In this document: positions 42,018 through 53,100 of the stretch, in pieces | How positions within the stretch are numbered: position 1 is the stretch's first letter | How the letters are laid out: every line of letters starts with the position of its first letter | Assembly: GCA_963816145.1 (NCBI GenBank) | Contig: CAWFJP010000002.1 | Location: 256,001 to 320,000 of the forward strand | From: an uncultured delta proteobacterium | GTDB lineage: Bacteria; Desulfobacterota; Binatia; UBA9968 | Length of the DNA stretch: 64,000 nt | Direction of reading: 5' to 3' | The notes under the pieces: generated by a model | Seen by the model: the letters and a program-made list of their open reading frames with translations, nothing else | Database searches by the model: none | Told to the model about the DNA's origin: nothing | Made by a program: the position numbers and the translations under genes

Positions 42018-42815
42018 GTGCCGCCGCTGATCGCCGTTTATCAAGTCTCGCGAGTGTTCTCGACCGCTAGCCGCACGGTTACGGCGCTGGATAATGTCTC
42101 CTTCGACATTCAACCGGGCAACTTCGTGTCGATCGTCGGCCCGAGCGGCTGCGGCAAAAGCACGTTGTTGAAGATCATCTCCGGCTTGATGCCGACGTCC
42201 GCGGGCGCTGTCACCGTGGCTGGGCGCCAGGTCGACAGCCCGCTGGAAAATGTCGGCATGGTCTTTCAATCGCCGGTGCTGCTCAAATGGCGCTCGGTGC
42301 TGGGCAACATTTTGTTGCCGGTGGAATTCGCCAAATTCGACCGTGCAAATTTCGCCGACAAGGCACGCGCGTTGATCAAGCTCGTCGGTCTGGAAGGCTT
42401 CGAGGAAATGTATCCGCACGAGCTATCCGGCGGCATGCAGCAGCGCGCCTCGCTGTGCCGCGCGCTGGTGACCGACCCGCAGCTCCTGTTGATGGACGAA
42501 CCCTTCGGCGCGCTCGATGCCATGACCCGCGACGAGCTGGACATGGAACTGTTGCGCATCTGGGAAGAGCGCAAAAAGACGGTCCTGTTCGTGACTCATA
42601 GCATTCAGGAAGCGGTGTTTCTCTCTGACTTGGTTTACGTCATGTCGGCGCGGCCGGGCCGCTTATTGGAGACCATCGCCATCGATTTGCCGCGGCCGCG
42701 CACCATGGAAATGATGAGTGCCGTGAAATTCGGCGAATACACCCTAAGAATTCGCGCCCTGCTCACCTCGGCCAGTGGTGCCAATGCCACCACGGCAATC
42801 GGTTCAACCATGTGA
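42018..42815 (+). CDS. ABC ATP-binding protein, SsuB/TauB type
   Basis: GPSGCGKST, LSGGMQQR, LLMDEPF. Confidence 0.95.
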   Translation: MPPLIAVYQVSRVFSTASRTVTALDNVSFDIQPGNFVSIVGPSGCGKSTLLKIISGLMPTSAGAVTVAGRQVDSPLENVGMVFQSPVLLKWRSVLGNILLPVEFAKFDRANFADKARALIKLVGLEGFEEMYPHELSGGMQQRASLCRALVTDPQLLLMDEPFGALDAMTRDELDMELLRIWEERKKTVLFVTHSIQEAVFLSDLVYVMSARPGRLLETIAIDLPRPRTMEMMSAVKFGEYTLRIRALLTSASGANATTAIGSTM

Positions 42816-42900
42816 AATTCTGTTTCCAGTGCGCTATGATTGGGCAAATGGAGCAGGGTAGTGCGCCTGTTCAAGGCTCCGAACATAAGTCGTTATTCGA

Positions 42901-43944
42901 ATGGCACCTCCAAAAGGACTCACCTACGCTCAGGCTGGCGTTAGCATCGAAGCCGGCGATGAATTGGTGCGGCGCATCGGCCCCATCGCGAAGCGAACCA
43001 AGGTGCCCGGCGTGCTCGCCGGCGTCGGCGGTTTCAGCGCGCTGTTCGACCTCAAATCGCGCGGCTACCGCAACCCTGTTTTGGTTTCCTCCACCGACGG
43101 CGTCGGTACCAAGCTCAAGATCGCCTTTCAAACCGGCATTCATGACACCATCGGCATCGATTTAGTTGCCATGGGCGTCAACGATATTTTGACCCAGGGC
43201 GCGGCGCCGCTATTTTTCTTGGACTACTTTGTCTGCGGCAAGCTCGACGTAGAAATCACCGAAGCAGTGATGCGCGGTATCGCCGCCGGCTGCCGCCAGG
43301 CTGGCTGTGCGCTGATCGGTGGCGAGACTGCCGAGCATCCCGGCGATTTTTCGAAAGGCGAGTACGATCTCGCCGGCTTCATCGTCGGGGTTTTGGAGAA
43401 AAAGCGGATTATCGATTCGGCGGCGATCGTTCCGGGCGATGTTTTGATCGGCATTCCGTCCAGCGGATTGCACAGTAACGGCTATTCCTTGGCGCGCAAG
43501 GTTTTGCTCGAACGGGGCGGATTGAAACTTCACCGTCGTATGGCCGAGCTCAGTCGTAAACTCGGTGAGGAACTGCTCGAACCGACGCGGATTTACGCCA
43601 AAATCACCAAGAAGTTGTTCGGCGAGTTTCGCATCAAAGGCGTGGCGCATATCACCGGCGGCGGTATCACGGGGAATCTGCCGAGAGTGTTGCCGCAAGG
43701 GCGGCACGCGATAATCCAACGGGCGAGCTGGCCGGTGCCGCCGGTTTTCAATTTAATTCAAAAAATTGGTGCGGTTAGCCAGGCTGAGATGGACGCGACG
43801 TTCAATATGGGCCTCGGCATGATTCTCGTCGTGGCGAAAAAGGACGCCGACCGGGTTGTCGGCGTGCTGCAACGCATGCGCGAGCGCTGCTTTGTTATCG
43901 GCGAGGTTCGCCAAGGATCGAAGGGCGCGACGATTCGTTCGTAA
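42901..43944 (+). CDS. purM: Phosphoribosylformylglycinamidine cyclo-ligase
   Basis: TDGVGTK, GGETAE, SSGLHSNGYSL. Confidence 0.97.
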   Translation: MAPPKGLTYAQAGVSIEAGDELVRRIGPIAKRTKVPGVLAGVGGFSALFDLKSRGYRNPVLVSSTDGVGTKLKIAFQTGIHDTIGIDLVAMGVNDILTQGAAPLFFLDYFVCGKLDVEITEAVMRGIAAGCRQAGCALIGGETAEHPGDFSKGEYDLAGFIVGVLEKKRIIDSAAIVPGDVLIGIPSSGLHSNGYSLARKVLLERGGLKLHRRMAELSRKLGEELLEPTRIYAKITKKLFGEFRIKGVAHITGGGITGNLPRVLPQGRHAIIQRASWPVPPVFNLIQKIGAVSQAEMDATFNMGLGMILVVAKKDADRVVGVLQRMRERCFVIGEVRQGSKGATIRS

Positions 43945-43948
43945 AGTT

Positions 43949-44611
43949 ATGGCAAGGCAAGTTCCCATCGGTGTGTTGGTTTCGGGTGGCGGCACCAATC
44001 TCCAGGCGATCATCGACGCCATCGAGACTGGGACGCTCGACGCTCAGATACAATTCGTCTTGAGTAACAAAGCCGACGCTTTCGGACTAGCGCGCGCGCA
44101 AAAGCACGGCATTCCCACCGAAGTCTTGGACCACAAGGCTTATTCGAGCCGCGAGGCCTATGACCAAGCAGTGGTCGACCTGTTGCGCCGGCGCGGCGTC
44201 GAATTGGTGATCCTCGCCGGCTTCATGCGGCTGCTTTCTTCCGTGTTCATCAAGGCCTACTCCAACCGCATTATGAACATTCACCCGGCTTTGCTGCCGT
44301 CATTTCCCGGCCTTCACGTGCAAAAAAAGGCCGTGGATCACGGCGTGCGCTTTTCCGGCTGCACGGTCCATTTCGTCAACGAGGAGTGCGACGAGGGGCC
44401 GATCGTCATCCAAGCAGTAGTGCCGGTGTTTCCCGACGATAACGACGAAACCTTAGCCGCACGGATTCTCAAACAGGAACATCAGATCTATCCCCGAGCT
44501 ATTCAGCTCTACGCCGAAGGCCGCCTCCATGTGAGTGGTCGGCGGGTGCTGGTAGACGGACTGACCAAGGATGAGGGCGCAGTACTCATCCAACCGCCGT
44601 TGGAACGATGA
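43949..44611 (+). CDS. purN: Phosphoribosylglycinamide formyltransferase
   Basis: SGGGTNLQA, LAGFMR, NIHPALLP. Confidence 0.97.
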   Translation: MARQVPIGVLVSGGGTNLQAIIDAIETGTLDAQIQFVLSNKADAFGLARAQKHGIPTEVLDHKAYSSREAYDQAVVDLLRRRGVELVILAGFMRLLSSVFIKAYSNRIMNIHPALLPSFPGLHVQKKAVDHGVRFSGCTVHFVNEECDEGPIVIQAVVPVFPDDNDETLAARILKQEHQIYPRAIQLYAEGRLHVSGRRVLVDGLTKDEGAVLIQPPLER

Positions 44612-45582
44612 AAAAAGCCAAACCGGTACTTATCTTGTTAGCGAAGTTGCTGGTTAGCGGCGGGCTCTTGGCTTATTTCATCTCGCGGGTTCATCCAGAG
44701 AGATTTCTCGATACTTTCGCGACGGCGAAATATTCCTGGATCGCGCTGGCGCTGGTCACCTATTTATTTGCCCAAGCGATTAGCGCGGTACGTTGGGCTG
44801 CGCTTGCACGGCCGTTGGGGATTGAGACGCCGTTCAAAGATCTTCTCAAATACTACTTGATCGGCATGTTCTTCAATCTCTTCGCGCCTGGCACGGTCGG
44901 CGGCGATGTCAGCCGGGTGTTTTACCTCGTGCGCGATGACGAGGCCCACGCCGAAGGACGCGCAGTGACGACGACGCACGCGGCGATGTCGGTGCTGATG
45001 GATCGCGCCATCGGAATGATTGTGTTGGTGTGGTTAGGTGCAGCGGGGTTGCTGTTGTTTCCCATATACGCGGTGCCGGGGACGGTGCGTTCGATCACGT
45101 TGCTGCTCGCGGCAGGTTTTGTCGCCGCGGTTCTGCTAATTCCGTTGCTCAGACGCTTACTACCCGAGGATGGTCATCCGATGGTCGTCAAAATCCGCTT
45201 AGCCTTGCGCAGTTATCGAACCCAGTGGCGCGCATTGGTGGTCGCGGCTTTACTCTCCTTGATCGTTCATTTAATCCAAGCCTGGATGCATCTGGTGATG
45301 GGGCGGGCGCTCAGCTTAGAGATACCGTATTCGTATTGTATCATTGTCTATCCACTCGTGGGCACCTTTGCGGCGATCCCAGTGAGTCTAAATGGCTTGG
45401 GGTTGCGCGAAGGCGGTTACATTTATTTGCTCGCCGTGATCGGCATTAGCAGTGAAAAGGGCATTGCCTTCGGTCTGTTGCTGTTCTTGATCGTTGCGAT
45501 CGACAGTTTGCTCGGCGGTGTCTTGTTCTTGCTGCAAAAGTCGCCAACGGTGGCGCGTTCGATGACCGAAAAGGCGGTCTAA
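44608..45582 (+). CDS. Lysylphosphatidylglycerol synthase TM-like (flippase-like) membrane protein
   Basis: FFNLFAPGTVGGD, PVSLNGLGLRE. Confidence 0.85.
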   Translation: MKKAKPVLILLAKLLVSGGLLAYFISRVHPERFLDTFATAKYSWIALALVTYLFAQAISAVRWAALARPLGIETPFKDLLKYYLIGMFFNLFAPGTVGGDVSRVFYLVRDDEAHAEGRAVTTTHAAMSVLMDRAIGMIVLVWLGAAGLLLFPIYAVPGTVRSITLLLAAGFVAAVLLIPLLRRLLPEDGHPMVVKIRLALRSYRTQWRALVVAALLSLIVHLIQAWMHLVMGRALSLEIPYSYCIIVYPLVGTFAAIPVSLNGLGLREGGYIYLLAVIGISSEKGIAFGLLLFLIVAIDSLLGGVLFLLQKSPTVARSMTEKAV

Positions 45583-46931
45583 TTCAAATAGCCACGGAAT
45601 AACGTCGCCAGGCCGAGGAACGAAAGAAACCCAAACGCATCGGTAAGTCCGGTAACGATGATGCCGGAACCTAGTGCCGGGTCGAGTTTCATGCCTTTTA
45701 GCAATAACGGAATCACCGCGCCGGCAAACCCGGCCATCAGGCCAAGGTTCAATAACATCGCGCCGGCGAGAACCAGTCCAAGATAAGGATTGCCCTTCCA
45801 AAAACCAGCCGCCAGCGCGATCATAGCGCCGGCAGCGACGGCGATGCAGATATTGACTGAGATCTGTTTGACGATCGCTTTCCAGGCCGAGGAAAACTCC
45901 AGCTCGCCCAAGGCGATGGCGCGAATGATGACTGTCGCGGTCTGAGTGGCGCCGTTGCCGCCGACGCCGGCGACCACCGGCATGAAGGTCACCAGCCCGA
46001 TGATGTCATGGAGCGTGCCTTCGAACAGGCCGACAATGGACGCCGCCAGGGTTGCCGTCAGCAGATTGAGGATGGTCCAGGGCAGGCGCATTCTCACCGA
46101 GCGCGAGACCGGGGTGAAGACGCGGTCCTCCTCGGCCAAGCCGACCATCTTGTACATGTCCTCGGTGCTTTCTTCTTTGATGATATCGATGACATCGTCG
46201 ACAGTAATGATGCCCTCCAAGCGGCCGCCCTCGTCGACGATGGGCAGCGCTAAAAGCTCGTACTTGGCGACGATGCGCGCGGCATCTTCTTGATCCATGA
46301 AGACATCGGCTTTGATCGGATCGGCGATCATCATGTCGCGCAATTTGCGCGCCGGCGGCGCGATGACCAGGTTGCGGATCGGCACCACGCCCACCAGCTT
46401 GCTGTCGTTGTCGACCACATAGAGATAAAAAAAACTCTCCAATTCGCCGCGCTCGCGAATCTTGTCGATGGCCCCTTGGGCGGTGGCGTCCGGTGGCAGG
46501 GCCATAAAGTCGGTGGTCATTAGGCGTCCCACTGTGCCGTCGGGGTAGTTGATGATCTCGCGCACTGCGGCCCGGCGCTCGGGATCAAGCAGTGCGAGCA
46601 CGCGCTCCCGGCGCGCTTCCGGCAGGCTGTCGATGAAGGTGACCGCGTCGTCGGGGTCGGCGCGGACGATCAGGCGGCCAACCTTTTCATCGTCGATCAA
46701 GGCGAGAATGTCGGGTAACAATTCGGGCGGCAGCTCTTTGAGCGTCTTGGCGGCGCGGCGCGACGAGAAAAGTACGTCGAAGAGTTGGCGCACTTCGGCT
46801 GGATCGAGCCCTTTGAACAGCAACGCAATGTCGGCAGGATGGCTTTTGCCGATGAAACGCAGGACGCGATCCGGAGTCGCGGTGCGCAGCATTTCACGCA
46901 CGGTATCGTAATCGATGGGAGCGGGTTTCAT
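45579..46931 (-). CDS. mgtE: Magnesium transporter MgtE, second paralogue
   Basis: HPADIA, CBS pair, GGNGATQ, DPALGSG..TD. Confidence 0.95.
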   Translation of the reverse strand: MKPAPIDYDTVREMLRTATPDRVLRFIGKSHPADIALLFKGLDPAEVRQLFDVLFSSRRAAKTLKELPPELLPDILALIDDEKVGRLIVRADPDDAVTFIDSLPEARRERVLALLDPERRAAVREIINYPDGTVGRLMTTDFMALPPDATAQGAIDKIRERGELESFFYLYVVDNDSKLVGVVPIRNLVIAPPARKLRDMMIADPIKADVFMDQEDAARIVAKYELLALPIVDEGGRLEGIITVDDVIDIIKEESTEDMYKMVGLAEEDRVFTPVSRSVRMRLPWTILNLLTATLAASIVGLFEGTLHDIIGLVTFMPVVAGVGGNGATQTATVIIRAIALGELEFSSAWKAIVKQISVNICIAVAAGAMIALAAGFWKGNPYLGLVLAGAMLLNLGLMAGFAGAVIPLLLKGMKLDPALGSGIIVTGLTDAFGFLSFLGLATLFRGYLN

Positions 46932-47079
46932 GGCTGTTTTCGACGCTGGCGGATGGTTCCTTCATAGACACTGAGATGGTTATTTGCAAATGTTTCGGCC
47001 TTTGGTGTCGCGATTTCACCACGCGCTGGAAATTTGTTATTGTCTAGGCAAAGTGTGGTCTATCGAGGATTAATCGCTG

Positions 47080-48516
47080 ATGGTTACACGAGATCGATTG
47101 GTGTGGCGCCGCTTATTGAAGGTCAGTCTGCTCAGTTGCCTGGCCGGGTTAGGCACTCAGCCGATTCGCGATGCCGGCGCGGCCAATTTGGCGGCCTTGG
47201 ACGGCAACCGTCCACCCTCGTTTGCCAGTATCGCCAAAAAGACCATGCCGGCGGTGGTCAACATTTCGACTCTGACGCAACGGTCGCCGCGCTCCGGTTC
47301 CAACGACCCCATCGAAGATTTTTTCAATCGATTTTTTGGCGATTCGGCGCCGCGGGAGAACAACTCGCGTAGTTTAGGCTCGGGAATCCTCATTAGCCGG
47401 GATGGTGAGATTCTCACCAGTTATCATGTCGTGCGCAGCGCCGATACGATTAAAGTCAAGTTAGCGGATCAGAGCGAACACGAAGCACGCTTGATCGGCA
47501 AGGATGATCGCACCGACTTGGCGCTGATCAAGATTCGCCGCTCCGGCGGCAATATGCCCTTCGCCAGGCTTGGCAACTCGAGCCAATTGGAAGTCGGTGA
47601 TTGGGTGATGGCGATCGGCAATCCGTTCGGTCTCGAGCATACCGTCACGGCGGGAATTGTCAGCGCCAAGGGCCGGGTGATTGGTGCCGGTCCCTACGAC
47701 AACTTCATCCAGACCGACGCATCGATCAACCCAGGCAACAGCGGCGGACCGCTGATCAGCGCAGACGGCGAAGTGATCGGTGTCAACACCGCGATTTTTA
47801 GTCAATCCGGCGGCAATGTCGGGATCGGCTTCGCGATCCCCATCGATCTGGCGAAAAAGGTTTTGGACCAGCTGCGCAAAAACGGCAAGGTGGTGCGCGG
47901 TTGGCTTGGCGTGCGCGCCCAGGATCTCAGTGCTAGCCAATCGGCTTCGCTGGGGGTCCCCCGAGGCCCTGCCGATCTGGCCATCGTGACGGAAGTTGCC
48001 GACAAAAGCCCCGCGGCCGAAGCGGGCATCAAGACCGGCGATGTGATCGTCGAGTTCAACGGCAAACCGGTGCCAAAGAGCAATGAATTTCCCAGCGTCA
48101 TTGCCGATATCGCGCCGGGGCAAAAAGTCTCGCTGAAAATCTTGCGCGAGAAAAAAGAGCAAACTATCGCCGTGCGCATCGGCGAGCTCGCTGACGATGC
48201 CGACGCGAATCAACAAGCTGAGGCGCGCGATGCCGAACTCGGACTGCGGGTTCAACGCATCACGCCAGAAGCAGCCAGGCGCCTAGGGCTAAGCTCGCCT
48301 AAAGGCGTGCTGGTGGTTGAGGTGCAGCCGGGCAGCCCGGCCGATCTCGTGGGTATCGAACCGGCAGATGTGATTCGCGAAGTCAACCAGCGCGCCGTGA
48401 CCAATGTTAAAGATTTTGAACGGGCGACCCGGCAAGGCCGGCGCGGCGACCGCATCCTGCTGCTTGTACAGCGGGGCGATAACGCGGTATTCTTCGCTGT
48501 GAAACGCAAAGGTTAG
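47080..48516 (+). CDS. HtrA/DegP family serine protease with two PDZ domains
   Basis: GSG, HVV, DLAL, GNSGGP, RGWLGV. Confidence 0.95.
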   Translation: MVTRDRLVWRRLLKVSLLSCLAGLGTQPIRDAGAANLAALDGNRPPSFASIAKKTMPAVVNISTLTQRSPRSGSNDPIEDFFNRFFGDSAPRENNSRSLGSGILISRDGEILTSYHVVRSADTIKVKLADQSEHEARLIGKDDRTDLALIKIRRSGGNMPFARLGNSSQLEVGDWVMAIGNPFGLEHTVTAGIVSAKGRVIGAGPYDNFIQTDASINPGNSGGPLISADGEVIGVNTAIFSQSGGNVGIGFAIPIDLAKKVLDQLRKNGKVVRGWLGVRAQDLSASQSASLGVPRGPADLAIVTEVADKSPAAEAGIKTGDVIVEFNGKPVPKSNEFPSVIADIAPGQKVSLKILREKKEQTIAVRIGELADDADANQQAEARDAELGLRVQRITPEAARRLGLSSPKGVLVVEVQPGSPADLVGIEPADVIREVNQRAVTNVKDFERATRQGRRGDRILLLVQRGDNAVFFAVKRKG

Positions 48517-48524
48517 GAGGACTC

Positions 48525-48713
48525 ATGTTTGGACTTGGTGTACCCGAGCTTATGGTAATCCTGGTGATTGCCCTGGTGATCTTCGGCCCAAGTAAGCTGC
48601 CGCAGATCGGCAGCGGACTCGGTAAGGCGATCCGGGATTTCAAAAAAGGCGTGACGGAAAAAGAAGATGAGGAGGCCGATGCTAAAAAAGACGGCAAAGA
48701 TCTGCCGCGCTAG
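48525..48713 (+). CDS. tatA: Twin-arginine translocase subunit TatA
   Basis: GVPEL..IFGPSKLP..LGKAIRDFK. Confidence 0.95.
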   Translation: MFGLGVPELMVILVIALVIFGPSKLPQIGSGLGKAIRDFKKGVTEKEDEEADAKKDGKDLPR

Positions 48714-48910
48714 TCGCGATCGGCAAAGCTACAGCCTTTCCTCCGGCGAGCCCATCTTCCGCCATCGTTCGCCGACGTGAAATTCCCACTCGATTGATTA
48801 TTTCAAATCCCGATCGATCCGCAAGTGGACCAAAAACCGCGCTGATTTCGCGCTGGACGGTCGTTCCGACGCTTAGTGATAGAGCGCGCGATAACCTATG
48901 TGTGGACTGC

Positions 48911-49561
48911 CTAGAGTTCGCGCACGTGGTGAAACCCGTTTAAGCTTTTTCGGCCTAAAACCACGGTGTAGAGGGAAGTCTTGCTGAGCTTGTAAACTCT
49001 TTCCACCGTCAACTCGGTTGAGGTGATAAACGGTTTGAGTTTGAGGTCGGTACGCCACCCCAATAACCTTGTCAGCGGATCGATCGCTTGAGTGATCGAT
49101 CCGAGTACCGGCATATCCGTGGTAAAATGATTCAAGATCACGATGCGGCCGCTCGGTTTACAGACGCGCTTGGCCTCGGCGATCATACGGACCGGATCGG
49201 GGACGACGGTAACGACATGAAAGGCCATTACGTAATCGAACGAATTGTCGGGGAACGTTAGATTGAGCGCATCCATTTCCATGACTTTGAAATGATGCCA
49301 GCCGTTTTCGTGAATTTTTTGGCGCGCCCGCGAAAGCATATCGGGCGCCAAGTCAACGCCGGTAACTTCGCAGTGGTTCGGATAGGCGGGGAACGAGGTG
49401 CCGGTGCCGGCGCCGATCTCGAGTATCTTCGCGCCTACTGGGATATAGAGATTTTCAATCACCCGTTCGATGCGATTGTAGAAAATCTTACCGAAGATTT
49501 TGTCGTATAGAGGGGCGAACTCTCCGTAAAGTTTGCTCTCGTGCGCCTCGATTTCAGCCAT
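48911..49561 (-). CDS. Class I SAM methyltransferase (PmtA-like)
   Basis: LEIGAGTG, VVTVVPDP, RVCKPSG..NHF. Confidence 0.85.
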   Translation of the reverse strand: MAEIEAHESKLYGEFAPLYDKIFGKIFYNRIERVIENLYIPVGAKILEIGAGTGTSFPAYPNHCEVTGVDLAPDMLSRARQKIHENGWHHFKVMEMDALNLTFPDNSFDYVMAFHVVTVVPDPVRMIAEAKRVCKPSGRIVILNHFTTDMPVLGSITQAIDPLTRLLGWRTDLKLKPFITSTELTVERVYKLSKTSLYTVVLGRKSLNGFHHVREL

Positions 49562-49590
49562 GCGCCCCAACCCCAATCAACCACGTCCGA

Positions 49591-49785
49591 CTAGGCGTCG
49601 CGGATGTCCTTCGGTTGTTTCTTGTAGAAAATCGAAATATCGCGCTTGCGGAATCGCCATTGCTTGCCTTTTTTGAAGGCCGGGAGAATGTTCTTCCGGG
49701 CAAATTCATTGACAGTGTCCGGACTCATATCGAGAATCACGGCGACCTGTTTGCTATTGAGCAGTTCTTCGTCTCGATCCACCAT
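49591..49785 (-). CDS. Small excisionase-like HTH DNA-binding protein
   Basis: LLNSKQVA..TV..LPAFKKGKQWRF; GGAGAG RBS. Confidence 0.85.
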   Translation of the reverse strand: MVDRDEELLNSKQVAVILDMSPDTVNEFARKNILPAFKKGKQWRFRKRDISIFYKKQPKDIRDA

Positions 49786-50101
49786 AGACTCTCCGTGCAG
49801 TAAACGCCAGTACGCGAAAAAGTTCGTTTTTTCTAACAAGTTCGTCTAGGGCTGTCAAGGCAAGAATTGCGCGGTGGTGGCGCACGATTTGAAAACATTG
49901 CGAGTCGAGAGAACCGCGCACCCACGGGCTGTATTCCCGCCACTTACGGGAGCGCGCTCGTAACTCTGGGCGAGCGCATCCGGGTTGCCTTTCACTTGCG
50001 AGTACGGCGAACTTCCTTTAGCATGACGATGATTTAGTTCCTTGCGATCCCACCGAGGAGGGGTAACCGCCCGAAGCGATGAAGCGCGTCTCTGTTTGGA
50101 C

Positions 50102-53100
50102 ATGAAAAAGCTCCTCAAGATTGGCGCGTTCATTAGCATTACCGGCGTGCTTTTTTTTATTGTTTGCACGGTTGCGTTCTACCATCTGGTCAGGGTCGGC
50201 GAGCTTCGTAGTTTTCTCATCGAGGAGATCGAAAAAAACACCGCACTTAAAGTTGACCTCGGCGCCGCGGACCTTGAGGTCGGTTGGGTCACTGGAGTCG
50301 GTTTTCGCGACGTGTCGATTGCCATGCCGGAAAGCGCCGCGCCGGAGATCACCGCCGCGCGGATTACGGCTAGAGTGGCTTTACTGCCGTTGCTCCATCG
50401 CCAAATCATTTTCTATGAAATTCGTTTGCAACAGCCGACGGTTGCGTTGGTCGGCGACACCGAGGGGCATTTGCCGCTGCTCGACAAACTGCTCAATTTG
50501 CCGTTGCTCAAGCGCGAAAATTCGGACTTCAGCCTGGATCTGCAATCGATCAAAATTCACAACGGCGCGATCGATTACGTCGATCGGCGCACGACCGTTA
50601 GTGTCGGCGAGTGGCGGCTGCGCAAGGCCGACATCGATATTGAACGAGTGCGCGGCCAGAAGTTGCGCGAGTTCATGACGGATCTAATCGCGCGGCAGGC
50701 GGGGGAATCCAACGGTGCGGCGCTGCATTTCGCACTGAAGGGCGAGGTCGAACGAGACCATGCGTCGATGCAGCTCAACGCCTCCGGTCGGTTGGTGTTC
50801 CCGCAGGAAGCTCTGGTGCTTAACCAAGCGCGCTGGTACGCCGATATCGATCTCGTCGATTTTCCCGCGGAATTGATTAAGGCCCAGCTAAGCGCCCATC
50901 TGCCGATCAAGTCGGCGAGCGGCCATCTAGCTCAACGCCTCCACGTCGAGGGCTATCCTGATAAGCAGCTGCGAATGAAAGGCGATCTCGAGTTCAAAAA
51001 CATCGCCATCGATGCGCCCGAATTGCTGCTCGCACCGTTGACTGGCGCGAGCGGCCGGACGACATTCGAAGCGGACTGGAGCCGGGAAAAGTTGGCTATC
51101 AAGCGCGCCGATCTGCGCATCGGCGATGTCAAATTCACGTTTGCGGGAAGTCTCGGCGCGCTAGAGGGCGCGGAGCCGCATTTATCGCTGCAACTATCGG
51201 AGCTGTCGGCGCCGCTGGCAACTCTGCGCCGATATCTGCCGGTGAGAATCATCGAATCGCCGCAATGGGAAACCAGCCTGAACTCGATTCAGACCGGCCA
51301 GGTGGTGCTGAAAGGCGCCGGCGTCAATGCGACTCTTGGCGAATTGCGCCGGTTGGCGCAGACCGGTATCGGCAAGCAACTTTGGTTCGATGCCGAATTG
51401 CGCGACGTCTCGGGCAGTCTTGCGGCGCGCGGCACGTTGCCGCTGCGCGGCGTCTCGGGCCGCGTGAGTTTGCACGATGGCCGACTGACGGCGCGTGATC
51501 TCAAGGGCGCCTACGGCGATTCCCAACTACTGGATGTTGACGGCAGCTATGATTTGACGCCGAGCGGCCGCGGCGGCTTTGAGCTCGCGGCCCGCGGGGA
51601 TTTCAATTTAGCCGAGCTGCGCGAACAACTCAAAGGCGAGTTTATTTCCGAAAGCGTCGGCAAGATTGTCGCTTCGATTCACGAGCTTGACGGCCGTAGC
51701 CGCGTCGATTTGACACTAACGCGAATGGCCAGCGAACCGCTGCAATTTGCCGGCAAGGTCGCCTTGGACAATGCGCGGCTGCGTTACGAAGATTATGCCT
51801 TGGACGAAATTAAGGGAGAACTGGCTTTTTCTCCCAAGGAAATCAAAGGCGAGAAAATCCGCGCGCAACTGAGCGGCTCGCCGGTGCAGCTCCAACTCAC
51901 GCTTAAAGACTACGCTGCTGACGGCGGCAGCTTCGACCTGGGAGTCGAATCTGGCGGTGTGCGCGCCGGCGTGATCACGCGCCTGTTACTGTCTCAAGGC
52001 ACGCTCAACGATCCCGGCATCGTCCGCGGCGCGGTGCGCTACCGCGGCGCTTTCGCCGATAAAAACACGCATAAATTCACCGGCGATCTCGAACTGACCA
52101 ATGTCCAGTTAATGCTGAAACCGCTTTTGCAGCCGCTGCGCGAGCTCAACGGCAAGATCAAGATCGACGAAACCGGCATCGACTTCCAGAGCGTCAAGGG
52201 GCTGCTGGTCGGCGCGCCGGCCAATTTCAGCGGGCGTTGGCGCTACGCGGAAAAGCCGCCGCTGCTCTTCAACTTCGCCGCGCCCAATCTGGACGTGACT
52301 TATTTGATATCGCAAATCGATGCCGAGGCCAGCGAGTTTTACGCCAAACTTCAAGCCGAGGGAAAAATTACCCTGGCAAAAGGGCGGATCAAGAACTTCG
52401 AGTTCAATGACATGAAGTGCGATGCGACGATCGACCGACGCGTCTGGCGACTGACCAATCTGACCGCGCGCTCTGCCGGCGGCACGGTCGTTGGTGGGAC
52501 CACCATTCACGACCGGCCGGACACCCTGGGGATCGTCGCCGAGCCGAAGATTCAAGGCGTCCCGGTGCAGTCGTTTCTCAAATGGTTCGACCTCACCAAT
52601 ACCGAGATGACCGGCCGGGTCAATATTACCGGCAAGCTCGAAACCGTCGGCAACTCCGACCCGGAACTCAAGCAAAACTTGAACGGTGCGTTCAACATGC
52701 GGATCGAGGACGGCACGATCAATCGTATGCGTGTGGTGGTGCAGCTGCTCAACCTGCTTGATCTGTCGCGCTGGTTCACCTTGCAGCTGCCAGATTTGAC
52801 CAAACAGGGGATTCGTTTTCGCGCCATTACCGCCGATTTCAAAGTCGTCAAAGGCGTCTACGCGACGGAAAATCTTGTCGTCGATAGCAGCGATCTGCGC
52901 ATGACCGGCATCGGCAAAATCGACGTGCCCAAGGATGAATTGGATTTCGTGGTTGCGGTGCGGCCGTTTGCCGGCATCGATTCGGCAATTAACCAAATTC
53001 CGATTCTTGGCCGGGGCATCGCCGCCATCAAGAATTCCTTTCTGGTTGCAAGTTTTAACATCACGGGAAGGATTGACGACCCGACAATTACTCCGGCGCC

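Noticed and set aside
40317-42419. 700-aa minus-strand ORF
   Set aside because: Antisense to three well-supported ABC genes; typical high-GC shadow.
49591-49785. Prophage or integrative element suggested by the excisionase-like gene
   Set aside because: No integrase, att site, tRNA or phage genes nearby; host-like composition.
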